A stretch of 64,000 nucleotides of DNA, taken from NCBI GenBank assembly GCA_900539675.1, contig UQDJ01000001.1, positions 39,776-103,775 of the forward strand, read 5' to 3'. Numbering within the stretch: position 1 is the first letter of the stretch; each line of letters starts with the position of its first letter. Of the stretch, positions 1-10,011 are shown in pieces. Position numbers and translations under genes: made by a program. The stretch comes from an uncultured Coriobacteriaceae bacterium. GTDB lineage: Bacteria > Actinomycetota > Coriobacteriia > Coriobacteriales > Eggerthellaceae. The notes below the pieces were generated by a model. That model saw only the letters and a program-made list of their open reading frames with translations, was not told where the DNA came from and did no database searches.

Positions 1-567
1 GTTGACCAGCAGCTTATCCCAGATCACACCCATGATATTGTCGGACACAATGCAGTGAATTCCCGCATCTTCAAAGGTCTTGCCCAGCTCTTCAGCACGG
101 TCAGTTACGCTGCCGTCGAGTTCGCCAATAATGGTGTCCTTACCCGGGATGGTTGCCTGAACGCGACCCGGCTCCAACAGCATGCCGCCTACATAGGTCT
201 TGCCGCCCAAAACGTGTTCTTTGCCTACGCATTCGCACAAGACATCTTCGGCTCCCAAGCCATTCTGGAAGGACACTACCATGGTGTCAGGACCAACAAG
301 CTCTTTGCCTTCCTCCATGGTGGCCTTGGTGTCGAACGCCTTGCACAACACGATGACCAGATCGCATACACCAATGCCATCAGGTGTGGTATGGCCCTTA
401 GGATGTACTACTACCTCTCCGGTAGGCGTTACCATCGTGAGGCCCTTTTCGTTAATGGCATCCATATGAGCCTTGCGGCCCACAAAGTGTACTTCATTTC
501 CTGCCTGCGCGAGCGCACCACCAATGGTGCTACCCAACGAACCGGCACCTAATACTGCAACTTTCAT
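1..567 (-). CDS. 2-dehydropantoate 2-reductase (PanE/ApbA family), C-terminally truncated by window edge
   Basis: Minus-strand translation from ATG (cat at 565-567) gives MKVAVLGAGSLGSTIGGALAQAGNEVHFVGRKAHMDAINEKGLTM... with N-terminal Rossmann GxGxxG and typical ketopantoate reductase layout; no stop before position 1. The plus-strand ORF 55..552 is its antisense shadow. Confidence 0.6.
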   Translation of the reverse strand, partial: MKVAVLGAGSLGSTIGGALAQAGNEVHFVGRKAHMDAINEKGLTMVTPTGEVVVHPKGHTTPDGIGVCDLVIVLCKAFDTKATMEEGKELVGPDTMVVSFQNGLGAEDVLCECVGKEHVLGGKTYVGGMLLEPGRVQATIPGKDTIIGELDGSVTDRAEELGKTFEDAGIHCIVSDNIMGVIWDKLLVN

Positions 568-585
568 GTATCCCTCACTCTTCTT

Positions 586-948
586 CTATGCTTCGGGAAT
601 TACTTCGATCATGAGACCTTCAGGCAAAATAAACCAATTGCGATCCTTGCCCGGAGCCTGGGTAACGCCTTCGACGGCATACACTTTATCCAGCGTTGCA
701 GCAACATCGCTTACCGCAATACCCACATGATGCAAACGATCATCCGTATGTTCTGCCGGATTAAAATCCTCGGCACGCTGCAGCTGAATACCGCCTACCC
801 ACACCTGACGGACGCGGGCAAAATCATTTACCAGATCCACATCCCTAGGATCAGTTAGCGTAATATCCATACCAAGCACGCGCTGGAAGAAATCAAGATG
901 CCACTCAAAATCCTTTGCGCGTATTGCTGCATGATCAATATGGCCCAT
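586..948 (-). CDS. VOC/glyoxalase-bleomycin resistance family protein
   Basis: 120 aa; MGHIDHAAIRAKDFEWHLDFFQRVLGM... typical glyoxalase-fold N-terminus (H-x-A/H-x-x-V) and size. Confidence 0.55.
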   Translation of the reverse strand: MGHIDHAAIRAKDFEWHLDFFQRVLGMDITLTDPRDVDLVNDFARVRQVWVGGIQLQRAEDFNPAEHTDDRLHHVGIAVSDVAATLDKVYAVEGVTQAPGKDRNWFILPEGLMIEVIPEA

Positions 949-977
949 AGGAAAAACCTCCGCTCCCTATCTATGTC

Positions 978-1015
978 GTAGATCGTATATGTGTAGATCG
1001 TATATGTGTAGATCG
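978..1015. repeat. 15-bp tandem repeat gtagatcgtatatgt x2.5 in intergenic spacer
   Basis: Direct reading: gtagatcgtatatgt gtagatcgtatatgt gtagatcg between two minus-strand genes. Confidence 0.8.
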
Positions 1016-1068
1016 CCTGTTGTACCCTCTATGCCAGTGCAACTGTGCCCTCTGACACAATTCAATAC

Positions 1069-1500
1069 TTATTTCTCTACTTCAAAGAACTTCAGAATGT
1101 GCGTTGCAACACACACAACAACGTCATCCTGATTCGTAATAACAACATCGGCATAGGTCTTCATGGCATCTTCGTCAACCTTAGAAACCGTATAAGTTGC
1201 CGTTAACGTATCACCAAAGTACACCGGAGCGGTGAAGCGCAGGTGATCATAGCCATAGGATGCGCTTGGAATAGGAGACTGATATTTCTGCTGGATCAGC
1301 GTGGATGCGGTGCTGCCGAACGCAAATGTCAATACCCCATGAACAATACGCGTACCGTACTTGGTGGTCTTCATGAACGATTCGTTAAAGTGCATCTGGC
1401 TGTAGTCGCCGGTGATGCCGCCGAACAGATATACGTCAGATTCGCTCACCGTCTTTGTGAATGAACAGTTGTCTCCTACCTTCAAAGGTACCTTTGCCAT
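1069..1500 (-). CDS. MaoC-like (R)-specific enoyl-CoA hydratase/dehydratase, hotdog fold
   Basis: 143 aa; ...FGGITGDYSQMHFNESFMKTTKYGTRIVHGVLT... matches MaoC dehydratase signature region (D-x-N-P-x-H, HG). Confidence 0.65.
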   Translation of the reverse strand: MAKVPLKVGDNCSFTKTVSESDVYLFGGITGDYSQMHFNESFMKTTKYGTRIVHGVLTFAFGSTASTLIQQKYQSPIPSASYGYDHLRFTAPVYFGDTLTATYTVSKVDEDAMKTYADVVITNQDDVVVCVATHILKFFEVEK

Positions 1501-1803
1501 GGTTATATCCTCCTCTGTACCAAAAGGGGTACCCAGCGCAATGAATCCTCATGGCCATCGCCGAGCTCTGTCCCCCTTAACTCTCTATAGAACACATTAC
1601 CGCAGATGCTTATAAGAAAACCCCGCAAGATAGTGCCCAATATGGCAATAATCTATGAGGAAAAGTACTAAATTTATCAATCGTATGAATTCCGCCAATA
1701 GAATAATTTCCTACAATAGAACGTATCGCGTTGCACTCATATGCGTATATGGGCGCACAACCTTTCAAGAGTTACGAATAGCCTAAAGAGTTATGGATGG
1801 CCT

Positions 1804-2736
1804 ATGAACCTAGCTCAGCTTTCATACTTTTGCCATCTGGCAAAACTGCAGCACTACACCCGTGCCTCAGAAGAGCTGCACATTTCACAATCTGCCCTGT
1901 CTCACTCTATTGCTTCGCTCGAAGACGAATTGGGGTGCAGCCTTTTTCGCAAAGCGGGACGCAATGTGGTCTTAACCGAAGATGGCAGCCTCTTTCAAAA
2001 ATATATTGAAGAGGGGCTTTCACTCATCGAACAGGGCACCAAAGAAGTGCAAAGCCGCCACGGCATGCTTTCAGGCACCATTAAAATTGGCGCCATTGCC
2101 ACCGTTCGCTCGGGGTATTTGCCTGCAGCCATGAAGGCCTATCGTGACGAATTCGGCTCATTTGTTGAATTCCTCGTGGCACAGGGCGAAACGGCACCCC
2201 TCAATCAGCGCCTTGAACAGGGAGTATACGATCTTGTCATAGCGGGCCCCTATCATGCGCCATCAATTGAATGCCATACCCTTTTTTATCAGCGCTTAGT
2301 CGTTGCTGTACGCCGCGATCATCCTCTCGCATCACTTACCAAGGTTCGCTGGAGCAACTTGATCGGGCATACGGTTATCACCTATCGCCGGGGTATTCAA
2401 TGCGGGGAAACGCTCGAAGCATTCCTGCAAAAAACCAACGCTCCAATTGATAAACTTAATTTGGTTCGAAACTATGAGGACGAGGTTATTTTGGGCGCCC
2501 TTGCGGTACATGAATCCAGCGTGGCACTCTGTATGATGACCTCGAACTTGTTGCCCGATCCGGATATGATTCTGCTTCCGCTAGATGAGCCCGGATCGGA
2601 AGAGTTCTACCCCATTTCGATGACCTACCAAAAAAACGCGCTTAAAACGCCTGAGGTACAAAGCTTTATCAACTTCCTTTCAGATTTTAAAGCGCCACAA
2701 TACACCCGAAGTGACCTTCGCGAAGAGTCACAATAA
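1804..2736 (+). CDS. LysR-family transcriptional regulator
   Basis: MNLAQLSYFCHLAKLQHYTRASEELHISQSALSHSIASLEDELGCSLF... N-terminal LysR HTH plus substrate-binding domain; start moved to internal ATG 1804 (LysR proteins start right at the HTH). Confidence 0.8.
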   Translation: MNLAQLSYFCHLAKLQHYTRASEELHISQSALSHSIASLEDELGCSLFRKAGRNVVLTEDGSLFQKYIEEGLSLIEQGTKEVQSRHGMLSGTIKIGAIATVRSGYLPAAMKAYRDEFGSFVEFLVAQGETAPLNQRLEQGVYDLVIAGPYHAPSIECHTLFYQRLVVAVRRDHPLASLTKVRWSNLIGHTVITYRRGIQCGETLEAFLQKTNAPIDKLNLVRNYEDEVILGALAVHESSVALCMMTSNLLPDPDMILLPLDEPGSEEFYPISMTYQKNALKTPEVQSFINFLSDFKAPQYTRSDLREESQ

Positions 2737-2780
2737 CCAAAGCAACTTTCGAGAAGAGTACCACCTGCCAAGGAGCAGCC

Positions 2781-4721
2781 ATGAAAGACGGATTTATAAC
2801 CGTAGCAACCGCAACACCCACCATTACGGTGGCCCAATGTGACACCAATGCCGATGCCATTTTGGATTGCATTTCTCAAATGGACGCCAAGGGTGCCAAA
2901 ATCATGGTTCTGCCCGAGCTTTGCATAACGGGCTACACCTGCAGTGATCTATTCTTACAACCAACCCTGCTCGATGCTGCAGAAGTCGCTCTTATGAAAA
3001 TCGCACGCGAAACTGCACAGATAGATGCCCTGATTATGATCGGCATGCCTCTGCGTGCGCAGGGCAAACTGTACAACGTTGCAGCCGTACTCAACCGAGG
3101 TGCCATTGTAGGCTTTGTGCCCAAGGTACACTTGCCTGCATATCACGAATTCTATGAAACCCGCCACTTCTCCCCTGGCAAAAAACACATGCAACCGGTC
3201 ATGTTGCAGTGCGCGCTCAACAAAGGCAACGATGACTTTGCCTATGATGTCCCCTTTGGCACCAATCAGCTTTTCAGCTGCTCTGCCGTGCCCAATCTGA
3301 TAGTGGCTGTTGAATTATGCGAGGATCTATGGGTTCCCAATCCGCCCTCTATCGAGCATGCTCTAGCAGGAGCAACGGTCATATGCAATCTCTCAGCAAG
3401 CGACGAAATGGTAGGAAAGCGCACCTATCGTCGCAGCTTAGTTGAAGGGCAATCGGCTCGTTTGATAGCCGCCTATCTCTACGCTACTGCTGGCGAAGGA
3501 GAATCAACAACCGATTTGGTCTTTGGTGGACAAAACCTTATTGCCGAAAATGGCGTTGTTCTTACAGAAGCTTCGACCTTTACCAATAGCGTATGCGTGG
3601 CTGATATCGATGTGGCCTATCTTGCTTCCGAGCGTCGATGCATGACCACCTACCCTGCCAGCAATGATCAAGACTATCGAACCTGCACGTTTGATGTCAC
3701 TGTTGAAGAAACACAGATCACCCGCACCTTTAATGCCGATCCCTTTGTGCCACACAATCCAGCATTGCTGCACCATCGCTGCGAAGAAATTCTCTCCATC
3801 CAAAGTATGGGGCTCAAAAAACGCCTTGCTCATACTCACGCACAGAGCGCTGTAGTGGGAATTTCAGGCGGCTTGGACTCAACCCTAGCGCTGCTGGTAA
3901 CAGCACGTGCCTTCGATGCACTCGGACTTGATCGCAAGCATATCATCGCGCTCACCATGCCCGGTTTTGGTACCACTGAGCGCACCTATGCTAACGCCTG
4001 CGCCATGGTAAAATCCCTCGGTGCCACTCTGCGCGAAATTCCCATCCGCGAAGCTGTTATCGAGCATTTTGCTGCTATTGGACACAACGCAGATGTGCAT
4101 GATGTGACCTACGAAAACAGTCAGGCACGCGAGCGCACTCAAATTTTGATGGATGTTGCCAATCAAGAGAACGGTTTGGTTATTGGCACCGGCGACCTAT
4201 CGGAGCTGGCGCTGGGCTGGGCAACCTACAATGGCGATCACATGTCCATGTACGCCGTCAATGCTTCGGTGCCAAAGACCCTCGTCCGTCATCTGGTGCG
4301 CCACTATGCCGATACGTGCAAAGACACCACGCTTTCTGCCATATTGCTTGACGTATTGGATACCCCCGTGAGCCCCGAGCTGCTGCCGCCTGAAGATGGA
4401 GTTATTTCGCAAAAGACTGAAGACTTGGTTGGCCCATACGAACTGCACGACTTCTTTTTGTACAACATGCTGCGTCTGCGCTTTCCACCGCGCAAAATAT
4501 ATCGCATAGCATGTCTTGCCTTTAAAAATCGCTACGCAGCCGACACTATCAAGTATTGGCTGCGTACGTTCTATCGTCGATTCTTCGCTCAGCAGTTCAA
4601 ACGTTCTTGCTTACCGGATGGACCCAAAGTGGGCAGTGTTGCCGTTTCGCCTCGTGGCGACTGGCGCATGCCTTCCGATGCCAGTGCAGCACTCTGGCTT
4701 GCCGAAGTTGACGCACTCTAA
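2781..4721 (+). CDS. nadE: Glutamine-dependent NAD+ synthetase (N-terminal CN-hydrolase/nitrilase domain + NAD synthase domain)
   Basis: 646 aa; N-terminal carbon-nitrogen hydrolase segment ([10 protein letters not shown]) and C-terminal NadE PP-loop SGGLDS motif ([14 protein letters not shown]). Confidence 0.9.
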   Translation: MKDGFITVATATPTITVAQCDTNADAILDCISQMDAKGAKIMVLPELCITGYTCSDLFLQPTLLDAAEVALMKIARETAQIDALIMIGMPLRAQGKLYNVAAVLNRGAIVGFVPKVHLPAYHEFYETRHFSPGKKHMQPVMLQCALNKGNDDFAYDVPFGTNQLFSCSAVPNLIVAVELCEDLWVPNPPSIEHALAGATVICNLSASDEMVGKRTYRRSLVEGQSARLIAAYLYATAGEGESTTDLVFGGQNLIAENGVVLTEASTFTNSVCVADIDVAYLASERRCMTTYPASNDQDYRTCTFDVTVEETQITRTFNADPFVPHNPALLHHRCEEILSIQSMGLKKRLAHTHAQSAVVGISGGLDSTLALLVTARAFDALGLDRKHIIALTMPGFGTTERTYANACAMVKSLGATLREIPIREAVIEHFAAIGHNADVHDVTYENSQARERTQILMDVANQENGLVIGTGDLSELALGWATYNGDHMSMYAVNASVPKTLVRHLVRHYADTCKDTTLSAILLDVLDTPVSPELLPPEDGVISQKTEDLVGPYELHDFFLYNMLRLRFPPRKIYRIACLAFKNRYAADTIKYWLRTFYRRFFAQQFKRSCLPDGPKVGSVAVSPRGDWRMPSDASAALWLAEVDAL

Positions 4722-4725
4722 CATG

Positions 4726-4752
4726 AGCTGGCGCAAGCCACCTGCGCCAGCT
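4726..4752. terminator. Hairpin agctggcgca-N7-tgcgccagct between convergent nadE and nitroreductase genes
   Basis: Perfect 10-bp inverted repeat; flanking A-run on plus strand. No clean U-tract after the stem on either strand, so intrinsic-terminator status is uncertain. Confidence 0.4.
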
Positions 4753-4828
4753 GCAACAAAAAAAGACACCCAGATACCAGAGACATACCCCTGATACCGC
4801 AAAAGTCTGCCACCCGACGTATGAGCGC

Positions 4829-5404
4829 CTACAAGATAACGTAGCGATCATCCTTGCGTTTGATTGGGCGGGCCTCCATAGCCGGATACCCCAGCACAAT
4901 GCCTCCAATCAGCGGACCATGATCTGGTGCAAAGCGCTTTTGGAGCGCCTCGCCCGCGCGACACACCGCTTCAACCCAACACGATGCAACGCCCTGAGCA
5001 TGAGCCATTAACACTGCATTTTCCATAGCAGCAGCAACGCTTTCTACGCAGCTGGGGAGCATATCTTCGCTGTAATTTGGCTTGTTGAGAAATGCCAGCA
5101 AGATGCAGGTAGCGCCGCCCATGGCACTCATAAATTGCATGGTTTCTTCAACGACTTCCGGGTGATTTTTAAAACGGGCCTCTAGGCGCTTGCGCTCGGA
5201 AAAAGCTGTGGTACCCAGCTCGGAAAACAGAAACGATAAATCCTCTTTTTTGGTCAACGCAACAAAATACCAGGGCTGTAAGTTTTGACCAGATGGCGCC
5301 CACATAGCCGCTTCTAGAATGGTCTCAATTTTTTCGCGCTCAACCGGCTGGTCAGTAAACTTGCGTATACTTCTGCGCGTCTTGATTGCTTCCATTAATT
5401 CCAT
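4829..5404 (-). CDS. Nitroreductase family protein (FMN-dependent)
   Basis: MELMEAIKTRRSIRKFTDQPVEREKIETILEAAMWAPSGQNLQPW... canonical nitroreductase N-terminus (RRSxRxF, SxxNxQPW). Start set at ATG 5404 preceded by aaggagg RBS (upstream alternative at 5500 lacks RBS). Confidence 0.8.
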   Translation of the reverse strand: MELMEAIKTRRSIRKFTDQPVEREKIETILEAAMWAPSGQNLQPWYFVALTKKEDLSFLFSELGTTAFSERKRLEARFKNHPEVVEETMQFMSAMGGATCILLAFLNKPNYSEDMLPSCVESVAAAMENAVLMAHAQGVASCWVEAVCRAGEALQKRFAPDHGPLIGGIVLGYPAMEARPIKRKDDRYVIL

Positions 5405-5430
5405 ATCGATTCCTCCTTGCGTCGATACGT

Positions 5431-6324
5431 TTACCACAAAAACTCTCCGAGCGCTCCCAAAAGCGCCTTTGGATTTTCTTCGGGAATAAAGTGACCGCAC
5501 TCCAGCGCTTTACCGCTGTAATTCGTGCAAAACTTTGCCCACGCAATAATGGGGTCAAAGAATTTTTCTACCAAGCCGTATTTGCCCCACAATACCAAGC
5601 AAGGTGCATCAATTTTTTTACCCTTTGCAATATCCAGTGCGTCATGAATGCGATCGATCGCTTCCCCAGCACGATATTCTTCGCAGATGGCATGAATGCA
5701 GGCCACATCATAATGGCGGAGATAGTCTTCATACACCTCGGGCGGAAAGGCTTCTGCCGACGTGTCATTTTCCGAATGGTAGCGCCCTATATGGAGTGCA
5801 TTGCGAAAATACATTTTGCGACTGGAAATGATGAGATCTTCCGGGAAGGGAGCATCTTGGGTGAGCAGATACCAATGAAAAAGCGCTTTGGCAAATTCAG
5901 CTGAGCTGAGATCATACATATCGAAGGTGGACACGATGTCGAGCAGCACCAACTTATCTACCACTTCGGGATGGTCAAGCGCCATACGATAAGCCACACG
6001 CGCACCTCGATCGTGCCCCATAACCGAAAACTTCTCAAAGCCCAGTTCATTCATAACGGCAATACAATCACAGGCCATGGTGCGTTTGGAATAATTGCTG
6101 TGATCAGGATAGCCTTCGGGTTTATCGCTATCCCCGTATCCTCGCAGATCACACGCTACCACGGTAAAATGCCGAGCTAATTCATCAACCACCTTATGCC
6201 ACATCAGATATGTTTCGGGATGGCCATGAAGCAAAAGCAACGGGGCTCCTTGACCTATAGTTACCGTATGAATAGAGATGCCATCTACGCCCTCAATCAT
6301 CAAATGCTTCGCCGAATCAAACAT
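5431..6324 (-). CDS. Alpha/beta-fold hydrolase (epoxide hydrolase/haloalkane dehalogenase-like)
   Basis: 297 aa; LLLHGHPETYLMWHKV... DLRGYGDSDKP... nucleophile elbow in MGHDRGARVAY; RBS aaagaggggg upstream. Confidence 0.75.
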   Translation of the reverse strand: MFDSAKHLMIEGVDGISIHTVTIGQGAPLLLLHGHPETYLMWHKVVDELARHFTVVACDLRGYGDSDKPEGYPDHSNYSKRTMACDCIAVMNELGFEKFSVMGHDRGARVAYRMALDHPEVVDKLVLLDIVSTFDMYDLSSAEFAKALFHWYLLTQDAPFPEDLIISSRKMYFRNALHIGRYHSENDTSAEAFPPEVYEDYLRHYDVACIHAICEEYRAGEAIDRIHDALDIAKGKKIDAPCLVLWGKYGLVEKFFDPIIAWAKFCTNYSGKALECGHFIPEENPKALLGALGEFLW

Positions 6325-6550
6325 TTGAGCCCCCTCTTTTCTTATGCGTCCCTCTTTTCCTGTGCTGTTACAACGTTCATTATGACGCGCTTTATTAATT
6401 TGGCAAAAGTATTATTCAACGCTTCATCTCCCCTGATTTCATACGCCAAAGACATGAGTCTCTATCCAATAGGCACAACTTAGAAACGTATTTTCGCCAC
6501 ATGTTGCCTATATAATAAACATGTTCAAAAAAGGAGGGCTTTAAACCATC

Positions 6551-6928
6551 ATGACAGATGCCATGCATTTCAAAGTAAGCTGCTCTGCCTATGACCTGTG
6601 GGGATCGGTCATCGCTTCGGGTGATGACTGCACCATCATTATCAACGGAGGCAGCTCCCCTCATGTCGGCTGTGTATGCCTGGCTATTCCGCGCCCTTCT
6701 CTTACCGGCGAAGGCATAAGCGCTACTGTTTCAGTTATCAATCGCACCGGACATATGGATGACCTTGTTGCTAGCGATGTAGCCAAACAGGTTGCCAGGG
6801 CGCGCAACTGCGTTGTGGCATGCTCGTGCGGCATTCATATTGATCACGCCACCCAGAAAGACGTGCAACATATCCAACACGCCAGCGTCCACGTGGCTGA
6901 AGCAATCATCGGACTTCTCTCTGCATAG
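6551..6928 (+). CDS. Small Cys/His-rich hypothetical protein, first gene of UbiD/UbiX operon (possible accessory D-type subunit)
   Basis: 125 aa with 8 Cys and multiple His (GCVCLAIPRP..., CVVACSCGIHIDH); RBS aaaaaggagg 12 nt upstream; 76 nt upstream of ubiD-like gene, same strand. No family recognised from sequence alone. Confidence 0.45.
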   Translation: MTDAMHFKVSCSAYDLWGSVIASGDDCTIIINGGSSPHVGCVCLAIPRPSLTGEGISATVSVINRTGHMDDLVASDVAKQVARARNCVVACSCGIHIDHATQKDVQHIQHASVHVAEAIIGLLSA

Positions 6929-7004
6929 TTTGTAAGCACATAGTTTGTAACAAAGCCCGCTGTAGCCGATACAATAGTCACATCCATAAAGGAGGAGGGA
7001 TCAC

Positions 7005-8483
7005 ATGAATAACATCCACGACCTGCGTTCCGCAATTGATTTTCTGCGTGAGATACCAGGTCAGCTTGTTGAAACCGACGTTGAGGTAAACCCCGAAGCC
7101 GAATTGTGCGGCGTATATCGCTATGTTGGTTCGGGCGGCACGGTAAAGCGCCCCACCAAAGAGGGCCCGGCAATGATTTTCAACAACATCAAAGGACACC
7201 CCGACGCTCGAGTAATTATCGGTGTGCTGGCAAGTCGCAAGCGCGTTGCCCGCATGCTGGACGCCGACCCGCGTCGTTTGGGCTTCTTGCTTAATGAAGC
7301 AGTGCTCAACCCCGTGGCTCCAAAAGAAGTGCCTGCAAGCGAAGCGGTATGCCAAGAAGTAGTGCATTACGCCGATGAAGAAGGATTTGACATTCGCAAG
7401 CTGGTTCCTGCACCCACCAATACGCCTGAAGATGCCGGCCCTTACATCACCCTGGGTCTGTGCTATGCGCATGACCCCGAATCCGGCGTTCACGATGTAA
7501 CCATTCATCGCATGTGTCTGCAAAGCAAAGATGAAATTTCTATCTACATGGTGCCTGGTGCCCGCCACATTGGCACCTTCTACGAGCATGCCGAAAAATT
7601 GGATAAGCCCTTGCCTATTTCTATCAGCATTGGCGTAGACCCTGCTATCGAATTGGCTACCTGCTTTGAGCCTCCAACGACCCCTTTGGGTTACGATGAG
7701 CTGTGTGTCGCAGGTGCCCTGCGCAAGCAACCGGTTCCGCTGGCAAAATGCTTAACAGTCGATGAATACTGCATCGCTCATGCAGAATATGTCATTGAAG
7801 GCGAAATCTTACCGGGCAAGCGCGTAGCCGAAAACCAGAATAGCCACACCGGAAAAGCTATGCCAGAATTCCCGGGATATACCGGACCTGCCAACCCAGC
7901 CTTACCTATCATCAAGGTCAAGGCGGTTACCACCCGCAAAAACCCCATTATGCAAACCTGCATTGGTCCTTCTGAAGAACATGTGTCTATGGCAGGCATT
8001 CCAACAGAGGCCAGCATTATCCAGATGATCGAAGACGCCATGCCTGGCCGTCTACAAAACGTGTATTGCGCAAGCCCAGGTGGCGGCAAGTTTATGGCGG
8101 TGCTTCAGATCAAAAAGAGCGCACCTTCCGATGAAGGACGTCAGCGTCAGATGGCCCTGTTGGCATTCAGCGCCTTTAGCGAGCTGAAAAACGTCATTCT
8201 GGTTGATGAAGATGTTGACCCGTTTGACCTTAACGACGTAGTGTGGGCAATGAATACCCGCATGCAGGGAGATGCTGACATCATAACCATCCCGGGCGTT
8301 CGCTGCCATCCGCTAGATCCTTCGAATGATCCCAGCTGTTCTCCTTCCATCAGAGACCATGGCATCGCCTGCAAAACCATCTTTGACTGCACGGTACCTT
8401 ATGATCAAAAGGATCACTTTGAACGCTGCAAGTTTCTGGAGCTTGATCCTAAGCACTGGTTGCCGGATTATGATTTCGAGTAG
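7005..8483 (+). CDS. UbiD-family prFMN-dependent (de)carboxylase
   Basis: 492 aa; typical UbiD N-terminus (DLRSAIDFLREIPGQLVETDVEVNPEAEL...) and length; RBS aaaggaggagg upstream. Confidence 0.85.
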   Translation: MNNIHDLRSAIDFLREIPGQLVETDVEVNPEAELCGVYRYVGSGGTVKRPTKEGPAMIFNNIKGHPDARVIIGVLASRKRVARMLDADPRRLGFLLNEAVLNPVAPKEVPASEAVCQEVVHYADEEGFDIRKLVPAPTNTPEDAGPYITLGLCYAHDPESGVHDVTIHRMCLQSKDEISIYMVPGARHIGTFYEHAEKLDKPLPISISIGVDPAIELATCFEPPTTPLGYDELCVAGALRKQPVPLAKCLTVDEYCIAHAEYVIEGEILPGKRVAENQNSHTGKAMPEFPGYTGPANPALPIIKVKAVTTRKNPIMQTCIGPSEEHVSMAGIPTEASIIQMIEDAMPGRLQNVYCASPGGGKFMAVLQIKKSAPSDEGRQRQMALLAFSAFSELKNVILVDEDVDPFDLNDVVWAMNTRMQGDADIITIPGVRCHPLDPSNDPSCSPSIRDHGIACKTIFDCTVPYDQKDHFERCKFLELDPKHWLPDYDFE

Positions 8484-8495
8484 GAGACTATCCCT

Positions 8496-9059
8496 GTGAA
8501 TCGACTTGTTGTCGGCATAACGGGTGCAAGCGGCACGCCTTTGGCGTGCCGCTTTGTACACCAGCTCAAACAGTTTAGCGATGTAGAAGTAAACCTGGTG
8601 GCGTCCAAAAGCGCACGGTTAACTGCCCAATATGAAGCGCCTCAAGCTTTTGAACAGATGTTAGACGAAGCGGATGTAATCTATGACAACGCCCGCCTTG
8701 GCGAAGCTATTGCAAGCGGCACTTTCAAAACGCAGGGCATGGTTATCATTCCCTGCAGCATGAAAACTATCGCAGGTATTGCCAGCGGATACACCGACAA
8801 CCTGGTCCTGCGTGCTGCCGATGTCACCCTCAAAGAACAGCGAAAACTGGTCTTGGTGGCACGTGAAACGCCTCTCAACACCATTCATCTTCGCAATTTA
8901 GAATCTTTAGCATCTATCCCCGGCGTTAGTATTTTGCCGCCGATGATGACGTATTATCACCATCCCAAAAGCATTGAGGATATGGAAGATCAGATCATAG
9001 GGAAAATCTTTGATCGCTTCGATTTAGACTATCCACCCCTTTCCCGCTGGAAGGGTTAA
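8496..9059 (+). CDS. ubiX: Flavin prenyltransferase UbiX/Pad1
   Basis: 187 aa; RLVVGITGASG... IIPCSMKTIAGIASGYTDNLVLRAADVTLKEQRKLVLVARETP - canonical UbiX motifs; GTG start 12 nt after ubiD stop. Confidence 0.9.
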   Translation: MNRLVVGITGASGTPLACRFVHQLKQFSDVEVNLVASKSARLTAQYEAPQAFEQMLDEADVIYDNARLGEAIASGTFKTQGMVIIPCSMKTIAGIASGYTDNLVLRAADVTLKEQRKLVLVARETPLNTIHLRNLESLASIPGVSILPPMMTYYHHPKSIEDMEDQIIGKIFDRFDLDYPPLSRWKG

Positions 9060-9265
9060 TGAAGCGCGCCCGCATTGTCTTTATCAGATGCAACGCACCT
9101 TTGGACAAACAGCGCTTTTGCGCTTTGCACGTTGTCCTCTTTGTGCTTTGCAAGCTGCGCCCTTTTGTGGGCAGGCACAACTGTTCACTCTTCCTGTGTC
9201 CTGACTGTTCACTCTTTGCGCCCTGATGCTGGAAGGATTCACGCGCTTTAACCCTAGGAGCATAC

Positions 9266-9787
9266 ATGCACTACATCAGCCACTATCCATCTCCTCTGGG
9301 CACAATTCTTCTTGCTGCAGACGAAATTGGACTGACCGGCCTGTGGTTTGAAGGACAAAAACATTTCGCCCTTCACTTAGATACCCCCTGTACAGAAAAG
9401 AACATACCTCTTTTTGATCAGACCGCTCATTGGCTCGATGTTTATTTTTCGGGTAAAGAACCTTCCTTTAGCGTTCCACTCCATTTCATTGGAACGCCCT
9501 TCCAAAAGGACGTATGGAATATTCTTTGCACTATTCCCTATGGCCGCATTACTACCTACGGCGAAATTGCAAAGCTCATCGCTACCAAACACAAGATCGA
9601 TCGCATGTCTGCGCAAGCAGTAGGTGCCGCGGTTGGTCGCAATCACATCTCTATCATTGTTCCCTGCCATCGCGTCGTGGGGGCCAATGGCAACCTGACA
9701 GGATACGCGGGCGGCATTGACAGAAAAGCGGCCCTTCTCGCACTGGAAAACGCCGACACACAGCGGGTGTTTATGCCCCACGCATAA
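9266..9787 (+). CDS. ogt: Methylated-DNA--protein-cysteine methyltransferase
   Basis: 173 aa; active-site IPCHRVVGANG and C-terminal helix-turn-wing region. Confidence 0.9.
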   Translation: MHYISHYPSPLGTILLAADEIGLTGLWFEGQKHFALHLDTPCTEKNIPLFDQTAHWLDVYFSGKEPSFSVPLHFIGTPFQKDVWNILCTIPYGRITTYGEIAKLIATKHKIDRMSAQAVGAAVGRNHISIIVPCHRVVGANGNLTGYAGGIDRKAALLALENADTQRVFMPHA

Positions 9788-9933
9788 CGCCCTTTAAAGC
9801 AATACCCCATTTAAGCGATACACCGCTTATAAAGAGATACGGCACCTCTTAAAAGATGCGCCACTGTTAAGAGGTGCGCCATGCTCGGCGCACCAACAAA
9901 AGACCCGCAAGATACCCCTGCTGTAGCGCACAC

Positions 9934-9970
9934 AAAAGACCCCGCGAGACGTGCACTCACGGGGTCTTTT
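9934..9970. terminator. Bidirectional rho-independent terminator (aaaagaccccg...cggggtctttt)
   Basis: GC stem gaccccg/cggggtc flanked by A-run and T-run; located between convergent ogt (+) and membrane transporter (-). Confidence 0.6.
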
Positions 9971-10011
9971 AAAAACTTCGGATAAGTTTGCTTGTCAAGC
10001 TATAACGTTAG

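Noticed and set aside
55-552. Plus-strand 165-aa ORF at the window start
   Set aside because: The opposite strand encodes a clean PanE/ApbA-like ketopantoate reductase N-terminus (GxGxxG, MKVAVLGAGSLG). The plus-strand ORF is its antisense shadow, with low-complexity composition and no RBS.
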